Assembly: GCA_038058095.1 (NCBI GenBank)
Contig: JBBUBW010000012.1
Span: 1-45,063 of the forward strand
Source of the DNA: Patescibacteria group bacterium
GTDB lineage: Bacteria > Patescibacteriota > Minisyncoccia > UBA6257 > 2-01-FULL-56-20
Direction of reading: 5' to 3'
DNA length: 45,063 bases
Shown piece after piece: positions 28,341-36,668 of the stretch; positions within the stretch are counted from its first letter, which is position 1, and each line of letters begins with the position of its first letter. Both the position numbers and the translations under genes were made by a program. The notes below the pieces were generated by a model. The model worked only from the letters and a program-made list of their open reading frames with translations. It did no database searches and was not told the DNA's origin.

Positions 28341-29225
28341 TCAGTAGCCTGCTGCTCGCGCTAGATCATGCAGGGCAGCGAGAGATGCCAAGAGGGTGAG
28401 CTGCTGCATAGGGTTGTCTACGTTGTGGGAGGAAAACCTGTACCCCCTTCCTCTTCCTATTGAGTTGATGTCTGGACAAATTCCAACTCCATGGCCAGGG
28501 CACATGATATTGAGTTGACCATTCTCGCCTTGAGTGTAGGCCTGGAAATAATAGCCGTCGGAGCTGGGTATTTCACCTTCGACCTGTTCCCACGCTGTAC
28601 GCATTGCCGTGATCATTTCGGGAATTGGACCTGGACCCCTCGACTCGAGGTAAGACACGAGTTTTCGGCTATAGTTCCCGCGGAGTTCTCCGCCGTGCGC
28701 TTCTTTTGATGTAGTAGTGGTTACAGTGAGTAGTTGTGGCATTACGGATATCGTTTCCCTATCTGGGAACTCTAGAAGTATAAATAATAGCGATAGGGTT
28801 GCGGACACCGCAAATACTTCTTGCCAGTCGTAGCAAACCTCCCAACCATCATCACAAGCAAAGCACTTATCGTTATTAAACTCCCTCCGTTTTCCAGTTC
28901 CCTTGCATCGAGGACAACGTTTGCCAGTCCGCTTGCGCACTCGCGGGATCGGAATAGCATGTTCGAGGAAGCCATTCGCCGTACCAAAGTATCTGAGAGA
29001 TCTTTCGAAACCAAAGTCTCCTCTCAGAATCCCACTAACTTCACTAAACCCAAAATCGCTTCTGAGGTTTTCAACTATGGGTGCGCTTGTTGACACTTCG
29101 CCATATTGATTTACAAAGTCGGAATGGATACGAAGGTAAAGTCCTGCCTGCCCGCTTCTCCCTTTAAGAGAGAGCTCGTACCAACATGGCATAGTACCAC
29201 GCATTAACATTTCTATACTTCCCAC
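28341..29225 (-). CDS. Hypothetical protein with a small zinc-finger insert
   Basis: 294 aa; CPRCKGTG...CFACDDG; TTGACA-17-TAGTTT upstream; start uncertain. Confidence 0.75.
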   Translation of the reverse strand: MGSIEMLMRGTMPCWYELSLKGRSGQAGLYLRIHSDFVNQYGEVSTSAPIVENLRSDFGFSEVSGILRGDFGFERSLRYFGTANGFLEHAIPIPRVRKRTGKRCPRCKGTGKRREFNNDKCFACDDGWEVCYDWQEVFAVSATLSLLFILLEFPDRETISVMPQLLTVTTTTSKEAHGGELRGNYSRKLVSYLESRGPGPIPEMITAMRTAWEQVEGEIPSSDGYYFQAYTQGENGQLNIMCPGHGVGICPDINSIGRGRGYRFSSHNVDNPMQQLTLLASLAALHDLARAAGY

Positions 29226-29353
29226 CTTCCACCTCGTTTCTATGTTGGGTTGCTGGAAATCAACTTTTAGTGACGCTCGAAGTAGCCGTTATTTCAAGCT
29301 TACTACAAATAAACTACCTCTTGGCTGACGTTGTGTCAATTTGTATTCAAACT

Positions 29354-29379
29354 AAAAACCACCTTTTGGGGTGGCTTTT
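29354..29379 (-). terminator. Intrinsic terminator
   Basis: AAAAACCACC-TTTTGG-GGTGGCTTTT. Confidence 0.7.
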
Positions 29380-29402
29380 AGGTTCTTTTCTTTGCTTACT
29401 TA

Positions 29403-31649
29403 TCAAGTCTGACTCGGTGTGGTTTCCGGCAAGATGATAACGTCGCTTGGCGGCGCATTCACTTCCGGTTCAAGGTTAAAATCCAAGGCTGCGTTAATCG
29501 CATCTAAACTCACTGCGGCCGTATTTTCTACCTCAGTTTTTTCTTTCGATCTTCGCTTGAAGAATAAAAAGTAGAAAACGGAAAGTAGAAGAGCTAGCAA
29601 AATTATCGCGAGAGCTAGCTTTAGGCCGGTGAATTGCGCTAGTAATCCTGCAAGCAGACCAGTGGACGGATTAGGTTCGCCGGACTGCGAATTATTCGAT
29701 GTGTTGTTGGTGATTGTTTCTGTTGAGGTCGAGACGCCTTTGTTTTCTTCGCCAGTGCTAGAAGGTTCGCTTCTAAGATTGACGTTTTCTCCAGTATTAA
29801 GTTGTAAAGGTACTTCGATAATCGGTGGATTACTAACGGTGATTTCGAAACTGGCAGTCGCTTTGGTTTTTCCATTCGAGACTTCCACGGTTACCAAGTA
29901 CGGATTTGCTCTTACTTGCCATAGGGTCGGTATCCAAGTGATGGTTCCGATGTAGTTGAAGATCTGCATGCCATCCGGTGCATCTATTAAACGAAAGATA
30001 AGCGGATTATTTCCAGGGTTGGCGGCTTTTACTGTGTAATAGTAAAGCCAAGTTGCGGTGGCGTTTTTAGGCGGGTTGAAATCGGTAAAAACGGGCGGTT
30101 GGGCCGGCGACACGTTCGGTACCGGAGCAGAGAAAGTAGCCGCGCCTCCCCCTATCGTGACACTTCCACCTCCTCCACCCGGAACTCCAACATTTCCACT
30201 AGTATTACCTCCTCCCGGATTATTGCCGGGCGGATTATCGGCTGGTGGAGTACTAGTTGAAACCGTTATAGAGTAAGCGGTGCTAGTGCTATTTACGCCA
30301 TCACTGACCTGAATTTTCACAACGTATGGAGTACTGGTCGCGTCGGCTACAGCCGGAGTCCATTCGATTAACCCAGTCGTCGACGAAATGACCATACCTG
30401 CAGGATTTTCAAGAAGAGAGAAATCTAATGGTTTGCCTTCGGGATCAACGGCATCAACGTCGTAGTTGTATTTTTTGGTAGCGGTGGCAATCGTCGGAGG
30501 GTTGAAGTTGCTGAAGTTGGGGGGAAGATTTGGTGATTCCACAATGCTACAAGTTGGAGCAGGGCCATCGGCGTTGATGAAATCAATAAGAAGAATTAAA
30601 TCAAAGACATCTGGAGCGCCATCGTTATTCAGGTCATAGTTTGTCCCTTCGATCGGTTTACCACCGCTGAAGATGTATTCAATATAGAGACTGATGTCGT
30701 TGGCGTTAAACTTGTTGTCCTGAGTGATGTCTCCGCAGGTGTAGCTCGCTCCATTTTTAGGCGCAGGTTTTACGGCTTCCAATTGAATTTCATAGGTACT
30801 GGTTGCTTTTCCATCAGTTGCGATAAATTTTGCCGTGCTAGTGCCTGCGATTAGTGGCTCCCACGTAAATATTCCAGTTGAAGTGGAATAAGTGGAACTG
30901 GCCGGCAATTCGTAGCTGATATTTAAAACATCTCCATCTGGATCGGCAATGGCAAGTGGGAAACTATAAACTTCTCCAAGTGTTCCGGCGGCATTACTAA
31001 TCCCAGTGAAAACCGGAGAACTGTTCGGCTTACAACCAGATATCTCGCCGTCTTTATAGACATAATCGATTAAGGTTATGACATCAAAAACGTCAGATGC
31101 CCCATCTTCATTAAAGTCTATAATCGTGCTAGTCGGCTCCGGAGCTCCGCTGAAAACATAGGCGATAAGCGAATCGATATCGGCGCGATCCACTTTTGAA
31201 TCTTTGTCGATGTCGCCACAGAGATAACCATTTTTGAATTCCGGCGAACGCGGAATAATTTCGGTACTCGACGCTTCGTCAATTTCTACTTCCAATGTTT
31301 GGAGGTTGCTGGGTGGCAAAGAGTTGGATGTTAGATTTAATCCTCCTCCTGACAGTTCACTACCAACACTCGAAGTTGAATTTATCGAGTTTTCAGTAGA
31401 AGTATCAGTTGACGTAGCATCTTCGAGGTTCTGTGGATTCGCGACTGAATCGGAGATTGTGGCGTTTTCGATCTGAGAGGTCGTAGTGGTTGCTGTGACG
31501 ATATCGTTTTGGCCTGTTTGAATTGCAAAGTCAGAGCTGGTCGTAGAACTACTGGCGCTGGTAGGCGCAACCCCTTCGTCGCCTAAAACACGACTGATAG
31601 GCAGTAAGAGTAAAGCAAAGGAAAAGAATATGATGAATATTCTTTTCAT
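29403..31649 (-). CDS. Membrane-anchored surface protein with two dockerin-like domains and three Ig/cadherin-like domains
   Basis: Signal peptide; S/T-rich linker; paired CGDIDKDSKVD/DFNEDGASDVFD and CGDITQD/DLNNDGAPDVFD Ca-binding repeats; DPDGD, DPEG, TGxxxWTP motifs; C-terminal TM. Confidence 0.85.
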   Translation of the reverse strand: MKRIFIIFFSFALLLLPISRVLGDEGVAPTSASSSTTSSDFAIQTGQNDIVTATTTTSQIENATISDSVANPQNLEDATSTDTSTENSINSTSSVGSELSGGGLNLTSNSLPPSNLQTLEVEIDEASSTEIIPRSPEFKNGYLCGDIDKDSKVDRADIDSLIAYVFSGAPEPTSTIIDFNEDGASDVFDVITLIDYVYKDGEISGCKPNSSPVFTGISNAAGTLGEVYSFPLAIADPDGDVLNISYELPASSTYSTSTGIFTWEPLIAGTSTAKFIATDGKATSTYEIQLEAVKPAPKNGASYTCGDITQDNKFNANDISLYIEYIFSGGKPIEGTNYDLNNDGAPDVFDLILLIDFINADGPAPTCSIVESPNLPPNFSNFNPPTIATATKKYNYDVDAVDPEGKPLDFSLLENPAGMVISSTTGLIEWTPAVADATSTPYVVKIQVSDGVNSTSTAYSITVSTSTPPADNPPGNNPGGGNTSGNVGVPGGGGGSVTIGGGAATFSAPVPNVSPAQPPVFTDFNPPKNATATWLYYYTVKAANPGNNPLIFRLIDAPDGMQIFNYIGTITWIPTLWQVRANPYLVTVEVSNGKTKATASFEITVSNPPIIEVPLQLNTGENVNLRSEPSSTGEENKGVSTSTETITNNTSNNSQSGEPNPSTGLLAGLLAQFTGLKLALAIILLALLLSVFYFLFFKRRSKEKTEVENTAAVSLDAINAALDFNLEPEVNAPPSDVIILPETTPSQT

Positions 31650-31710
31650 ATATTTATGCTTAGGTGACCTTTTAGTTTATTTTTTGGTTCAAGATCTCGG
31701 TCTCATTAAA

Positions 31711-31725
31711 AGTTTTCAAAGAGCG
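31711..31725 (-). promoter_or_regulatory. boxA-like motif
   Basis: CGCTCTTTGAAAACT in the leader of the dockerin gene. Confidence 0.55.
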
Positions 31726-31814
31726 TGAATTTTGCACAAGCGTTGTTGTACGATTGAACAGTACGAAAATAACGCAGGCGCGTCAACGAATTTTGGGGAA
31801 AAGAGGAGTAAAAC

Positions 31815-31843
31815 AAAAAACCCCAACTTAACCGGGGTTTTTT
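31815..31843 (-). terminator. Intrinsic terminator after the pilin gene
   Basis: AAAAAACCCC-N9-GGGGTTTTTT. Confidence 0.75.
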
Positions 31844-31863
31844 ATTAAAATTAATTCTTTAAT

Positions 31864-32337
31864 TTAGCGGGTGATGCTGATAGTGGCACTTTGTTCGGCA
31901 TCAGGGGCGCAGACGGTAATACGGCTATTAGTATTTTTGACAATGCTATAGCCAGCGCCATTAGTTGAAGCTCCACTTGGGTCAGTTGGGATAGCCACGA
32001 TATATTTTTCATTAAGCGTGGTTGAAGATAGGTCAACTAATACATCGGGAATTGTGCAGCTTGGTGCTCCAGTTCTGCAGATTTCACTAGTAGCTGACGC
32101 GCCACACGTTCCGAGTAGAATTGAAGACGGCAAAACGCCATTATTGTCGAGGGCGACTTGGTAGACGGCGTTTAAAATAGTATTTACATCCGCCCTTCTT
32201 TGAGCGTTACGGGTGTCGCCAAGCTGCTTACTGGGATTGATGGCGATAATAACAATGCCTGCCAAAATGGAAATGGCGGCTACGACCAAAAGGATTTCAA
32301 GTAACGTAAAACCACTTCTGTTTTTTTGGTTTTTCAT
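31864..32337 (-). CDS. Type IV pilin (probable major pilin)
   Basis: G|FTLLE class III signal, hydrophobic helix, RNAQRRAD and IPTDP motifs; own -10 and terminator. Confidence 0.93.
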   Translation of the reverse strand: MKNQKNRSGFTLLEILLVVAAISILAGIVIIAINPSKQLGDTRNAQRRADVNTILNAVYQVALDNNGVLPSSILLGTCGASATSEICRTGAPSCTIPDVLVDLSSTTLNEKYIVAIPTDPSGASTNGAGYSIVKNTNSRITVCAPDAEQSATISITR

Positions 32338-32412
32338 GATGTATTTATTATAGCACCTTATTTTTTGTAAGTTAATTTTACCTGTGGATTACTCAAATGA
32401 CCGAGTTTGGCC

Positions 32413-32829
32413 TCAAAATTCTTGCCAGGTATATCGGATTTTTGGGTTGATTTGAGTAACAGTGACATTTACTTTCCTTATGACAGTTGAAACAGTACCT
32501 GTGGCGTTGATCATTTTACTTTGAGGAGCGAGGTTGTTTGTTACGGAATACGAGCAATTACCTTGATTAATTGATAAATTACCCAGACCAGTGAAAGACG
32601 GGAGCTCCTTGATGCGCTCAAGCGCGTCTTCAGCGCAGGCAGTGGCAAGATTTTTGGCCTGGCTCGATTGCTCAACGACAATGCTGCTTTTGGCCGAGCC
32701 GACGCCCAAAAGCAGAATAGCGGAGGCGATGGCAATGCCAATAGCGCTAGTAATAATAACGCTCATAAGAGTGATAAACCCTCCTTTGCCAGGTTGTAGG
32801 TGATAGGTTTTAGTTTTTAGGGTTTTCAT
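32413..32829 (-). CDS. Minor pilin, PilX/GspK-like
   Basis: GG|FITLMS lacking Glu5; AKNLATACAEDAL motif. Confidence 0.8.
   Translation of the reverse strand: MKTLKTKTYHLQPGKGGFITLMSVIITSAIGIAIASAILLLGVGSAKSSIVVEQSSQAKNLATACAEDALERIKELPSFTGLGNLSINQGNCSYSVTNNLAPQSKMINATGTVSTVIRKVNVTVTQINPKIRYTWQEF
32790..32824. repeat. Heptamer tandem repeat (TAGGTNN) in the pilin leader
   Basis: CAGGTTG TAGGTGA TAGGTTT TAGTTTT TAGGGTT. Confidence 0.75.
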
Positions 32830-32832
32830 TTT

Positions 32833-33354
32833 TTATCTTAGACTAGCTGAGCTTATAAAGGTTTTGGAATAATCATATTCGTTGCGGTTTTGGGGATTAA
32901 GGTGAGTGAGTTTGAATTGGATCTGAATAGTGCCAGAGGTTCCGGCACGGGAAAGATTGTAAAAATTTAAACCGCTTGCGAGGACGCGGAGATTTGTTAA
33001 TGGGATAGGTTGACCTGTTGCTTCGGTAATTCGGATGGTGCCAGTTGCGAGATTGTAAATAACCGGGTTAATTGATGGCAAACTAAGGGAAAGCGTGGAA
33101 CTTACAGTGCCAAGACCAGGCGAATTTATGGCCTGGGCGTTGCGGATTGATTGAGTAATGATTTGCATCACCATCAACCCCTGCGAGTCGACTTCGGTTA
33201 TAGTTTGACTTTTAACTCTTGATTGCAGGGTCGTGGCGATTAAGGCAGAGATGCCCAAAAGAATCGTAGCGGTTAAGCCGACGTAAAGGATGATCTCGAC
33301 GAGCGAGGTGCCAGAGGTAGGTTTTAGGTGGTAGGTGATAGGTTTTAGAGGCAT
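32833..33354 (-). CDS. Minor pilin, PilW-like
   Basis: G|TSLVE prepilin site, hydrophobic helix, SIRNA motif. Confidence 0.82.
   Translation of the reverse strand: MPLKPITYHLKPTSGTSLVEIILYVGLTATILLGISALIATTLQSRVKSQTITEVDSQGLMVMQIITQSIRNAQAINSPGLGTVSSTLSLSLPSINPVIYNLATGTIRITEATGQPIPLTNLRVLASGLNFYNLSRAGTSGTIQIQFKLTHLNPQNRNEYDYSKTFISSASLR
33318..33348. repeat. Heptamer tandem repeat (TAGGTNN) in the pilin leader
   Basis: TAGGTTT TAGGTGG TAGGTGA TAGGTTT. Confidence 0.8.
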
Positions 33355-33357
33355 GAA

Positions 33358-35097
33358 TTAAAATTTGTTCCAGGAAAAATCGAACCAAAAATCTTCATCA
33401 AATGAGCCAAATAGGCCGTGCTCGATTTGCCCCCGGCCGCCAGTGGAGTAGAAAGTGTTAGCGGCGCCATTCCAAACTCTGGTCCAGATATCTTGGCTTG
33501 TGTCGGCGAGCAAAACTATAATGTCGTCGCTCGCTGGATCTGGAATTAACTTAACTGTTTCCAACGAGGCGGCTGCTCCGCCTAAGTCAGTTAAAGAATT
33601 TTCGGCGCTCATGGCGTTAGTGGTTGGATTAAAAGTCCGATATTTAGGAATGGCTTGCGCGGCGGCATTGGCGCCGTTTGAATAAACTACAAGCGCCGGA
33701 TTGCCGGACTGACTTTCATAAACCAGAGAAAAACTTCTTTGAACACCGGCGTCGGTTTTTACGCCGATTTCGCCATTAGCCAGGGCCGTCCAGGCCGGGG
33801 TGGTATCTGACTTCAGGCAATTGATGTCATTAACGCTGTCTTTAAAGCAGGCCAGAAATTCAGCGGCGGCCGGCCTAGCTCGAATCTGGGTGGCTCTAGG
33901 AACCGCCGCGATGCTGATATTTTCCACATTCGCGCTCCAAACAGTCCCGTTCCAAATTCGAATATTAGGAAAATTATCTGCCGCTTCATTGAAAGTAAGC
34001 GCTCCTGAACTTCCGTCATTTCTCCACGCGAAATCTACGTCCTCATACTGGGGACCGGCCATGGCCGTGCCGTGCTCGAGCAATCCACCCCAACTTGAAC
34101 CGTTCCAGTAAAAAGTGTTGGTATCGCTTGAGGCATCTAAAACCGCCACCATGGCCTCATTCGTCCCCGGCCGATTACGAACGACAATCCAGTCCGGATT
34201 GCCGCCCACGTTTACCGCAGGATTTTGCGCCGACCAATTTGAGCCGTCCCAGATACGATATTTCGGAATGTTTGTATTATCGTCATAGACCGCTAAAAAG
34301 TTTCCATTCGCCAGATAATCTCCATCGAAATTGCGAGTGTCGGGACGGGCAGCATTGGCATAACCAGAGAGGAGAATTGAATTCCCCCAAGCAGAACCGT
34401 TCCAAACTTGCGCAAAAATATATTGACTAGTGCTTAAAACACTATCGAAATGTTTGGTAATTAAAATTTTCTCGTTGCGTGAGGGCGAAGTATAAAGTTC
34501 TACTCGCCGAGTGGCGCGATTTCCAGGAACACCCAATGTCGGAATCGTTAATTCTGGTCCCCAATTGCCATCTGGATCCAGAATTTTATAACGAAGAACG
34601 TCGTCTAGGCCGGATAAGTCCGCATAAACCAACATCCCACCTCCTACCGCTCTTCTCCACTCAGTAAGATATGAAGTTAAAGTAATCTGGCCCGAACGAC
34701 CTTCTTTGGGTTGCCAGGTAACCGTGGTGGTGGCGATTTTTGTGTGGCTATTAATTGTTCCGATTTGAATTTGACGTGTGAAAATGTCGGTTACATCCGA
34801 AGTTCCTGATAAAACCCACTGGTTGCTTGAGGTGGCGAGCCCGTAGGTGCCGTCCACGAGGTTCGAAAATTTTTCATCGCGGAGATTACGAATGGCTTCC
34901 TGTCCTTCTTCGGCAATTAAAAGAGCTCGAGATCTGATTCCGGAAAGAGCAATGCTTTCTCGACCATAGACTATGGCGGAGATGAGAGCAAGAAGGACTA
35001 ATGAAAAAAGCGAGACAGCCAAGACGGCTTCAATGAGTGAAAATCCCCTCCTTGAATTTTTGCTTTTAGTAAATAATAGCGCTTTTAAGATTGACAT
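33358..35097 (-). CDS. Large minor pilin (PilV-like N-terminus) with Trp-rich repeat C-terminal domain
   Basis: G|FSLIE; AEEGQEAIRNLRD; repeated W(N/D)GxxW units. Confidence 0.85.
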   Translation of the reverse strand: MSILKALLFTKSKNSRRGFSLIEAVLAVSLFSLVLLALISAIVYGRESIALSGIRSRALLIAEEGQEAIRNLRDEKFSNLVDGTYGLATSSNQWVLSGTSDVTDIFTRQIQIGTINSHTKIATTTVTWQPKEGRSGQITLTSYLTEWRRAVGGGMLVYADLSGLDDVLRYKILDPDGNWGPELTIPTLGVPGNRATRRVELYTSPSRNEKILITKHFDSVLSTSQYIFAQVWNGSAWGNSILLSGYANAARPDTRNFDGDYLANGNFLAVYDDNTNIPKYRIWDGSNWSAQNPAVNVGGNPDWIVVRNRPGTNEAMVAVLDASSDTNTFYWNGSSWGGLLEHGTAMAGPQYEDVDFAWRNDGSSGALTFNEAADNFPNIRIWNGTVWSANVENISIAAVPRATQIRARPAAAEFLACFKDSVNDINCLKSDTTPAWTALANGEIGVKTDAGVQRSFSLVYESQSGNPALVVYSNGANAAAQAIPKYRTFNPTTNAMSAENSLTDLGGAAASLETVKLIPDPASDDIIVLLADTSQDIWTRVWNGAANTFYSTGGRGQIEHGLFGSFDEDFWFDFSWNKF

Positions 35098-35518
35098 GGA
35101 TTATGGCTGTTTCTCCGTTTGACGCACTGAATGTGGTAGTAGTTTCGGCAAGAGGCAGGCCAGAATATTTTTGAAAAACCACTTCGCTTGTATCGCTGAT
35201 TAAAATATTTGAGGAGATGTCGCTTTTTTCGTCAAAATTTGAGTCTCGCGACGCGAAATTATCTCCTTTAAATATAATTATGCTTGAGGTTACGAACTTA
35301 ACCCCCCATTTACTATCGCCGTCTGAGGCCATTGCCAACTCCGAGGCTCTGCGCAGAGCATTGGCGGAAAGAGTTACCCCGAGACTCAAATCATTTTTGT
35401 TTTTGAAGGACTCGTAGACCGGAAGTGAAAAAGCGGAAATTATAGCGATGACGCCCACGACTAGAAGAATTTCCAGAAGAGTTACTCCTGATTGAGAATT
35501 ATTTTTCGGGCTCATCAA
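35066..35518 (-). CDS. Minor pilin, FimU/GspH-like
   Basis: G|VTLLE prepilin site and hydrophobic helix. Confidence 0.85.
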   Translation of the reverse strand: MMSPKNNSQSGVTLLEILLVVGVIAIISAFSLPVYESFKNKNDLSLGVTLSANALRRASELAMASDGDSKWGVKFVTSSIIIFKGDNFASRDSNFDEKSDISSNILISDTSEVVFQKYSGLPLAETTTTFSASNGETAIIHVNLKSAIIY

Positions 35519-35520
35519 GG

Positions 35521-36654
35521 TTAATTTTGGTTTAGCCCGCCAATTAAGCTATAAATCGGCAGGATGACTGAGAGAGCGACAGCGACAACGCCAAGCCAAA
35601 CCAAAACCAAAAGAATCGGCTCGAGAATAACAGCCAAATTTTTAGTGGTGGTGTCGGCTCTTTTTTCGTAGATTTCTCCGATTTTTATCAGAGACTCAGA
35701 AAGTCTCCCAGATCCTTCGCCGGCGATTATCATTTGCTGGACCGGTAAAGAAAGGAGCTTGCGAGTTTCGGGGTAGGAGTCGAAGCTTTCCCTAAACGAC
35801 CCTCCATCTTCAAGACTATCCCTTAAATGGCGATAAAATCTTTGATATCGACGAAGGTTAGTAGCTTCATAAATTGAATCAAGCGAACGTGTTATTAGAA
35901 GACCCGAACCAAGCAGGGTGCCCAAAATATAACCAAATCTCGAAAGCTCAATGTCTTGAATTAGTCTTTTTATGCCAGGAATAACTAGAAGGATCGATTG
36001 ACCGATGAATTTGGTACGTTTGAAGATAAATAAGAAATAAAATATAGCTAACACAACTGCGATGGCGATTGGAACCACGAAAGACCCATAATTTCCGAGG
36101 AACGCGCCAATAGCGATTATACCTTTAGTAAGAAAAGGCAAAGAGATTTTGAGCTCGGCGAAGACTTTCGATAATCTTGGCAGAACAAACCAGGCAATAC
36201 CGAGTCCGATGGTGATGGTGAGGGAAAAAACTATGACGGGATAGATCATAGCTGATCTTACCTTAGAAAGAAGTTCGCGATCTTTTTGCTGTTGAATCGA
36301 AACGACGGCTAGGTTTTCGGAGAGTCGGCCGGTTTCTTCGCCAAGCTTAATGAGAAAAACAATATGCGATGGAAGAAGATTGGTATTTTCAAGAGCTCGC
36401 CAAAGATAAGATCCGCTTTCGATATCTTCAACGAGAGTATCGATAATCTTCAACATTCGCTTGGATTTTATCTCTCCTCGAATAGCTTTTATAGCCGTCA
36501 TGATATCCATCCCTGAGGTTAAAAGGACGGCAAGATTTTCAAGAAAATAATCTTTTTCTTTTCCAATTCCGATATTAGAAAACCAGCTACGTCTCTTCGG
36601 CAGATTTTTTTGCTGAGTGACTTCGGGAAGAGTTTTCCCCGGCACGTCTGGCAT
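35521..36654 (-). CDS. pilC: Type IV pilus platform protein PilC (T2SSF family)
   Basis: GEETGRL, AMIYP, GEGSGRL, LEP motifs; 3 TM. Confidence 0.93.
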   Translation of the reverse strand: MPDVPGKTLPEVTQQKNLPKRRSWFSNIGIGKEKDYFLENLAVLLTSGMDIMTAIKAIRGEIKSKRMLKIIDTLVEDIESGSYLWRALENTNLLPSHIVFLIKLGEETGRLSENLAVVSIQQQKDRELLSKVRSAMIYPVIVFSLTITIGLGIAWFVLPRLSKVFAELKISLPFLTKGIIAIGAFLGNYGSFVVPIAIAVVLAIFYFLFIFKRTKFIGQSILLVIPGIKRLIQDIELSRFGYILGTLLGSGLLITRSLDSIYEATNLRRYQRFYRHLRDSLEDGGSFRESFDSYPETRKLLSLPVQQMIIAGEGSGRLSESLIKIGEIYEKRADTTTKNLAVILEPILLVLVWLGVVAVALSVILPIYSLIGGLNQN

Positions 36655-36668
36655 AATTTGTAGAGTTT

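Noticed and set aside
28341-29225. Second dnaJ, because of the CxxCxGxG motif
   Set aside because: No J domain or HPD motif and only one zinc knuckle
30140-30250. Gly/Pro/Asn-rich repetitive DNA in the dockerin gene
   Set aside because: Ordinary low-complexity linker with codon-period repeats
31740-31776. Hairpin GCGTT..GTAC/GTAC..AACGC upstream of the dockerin gene as a riboswitch
   Set aside because: Single weak stem, probably overlapping the promoter region; no recognisable aptamer motifs
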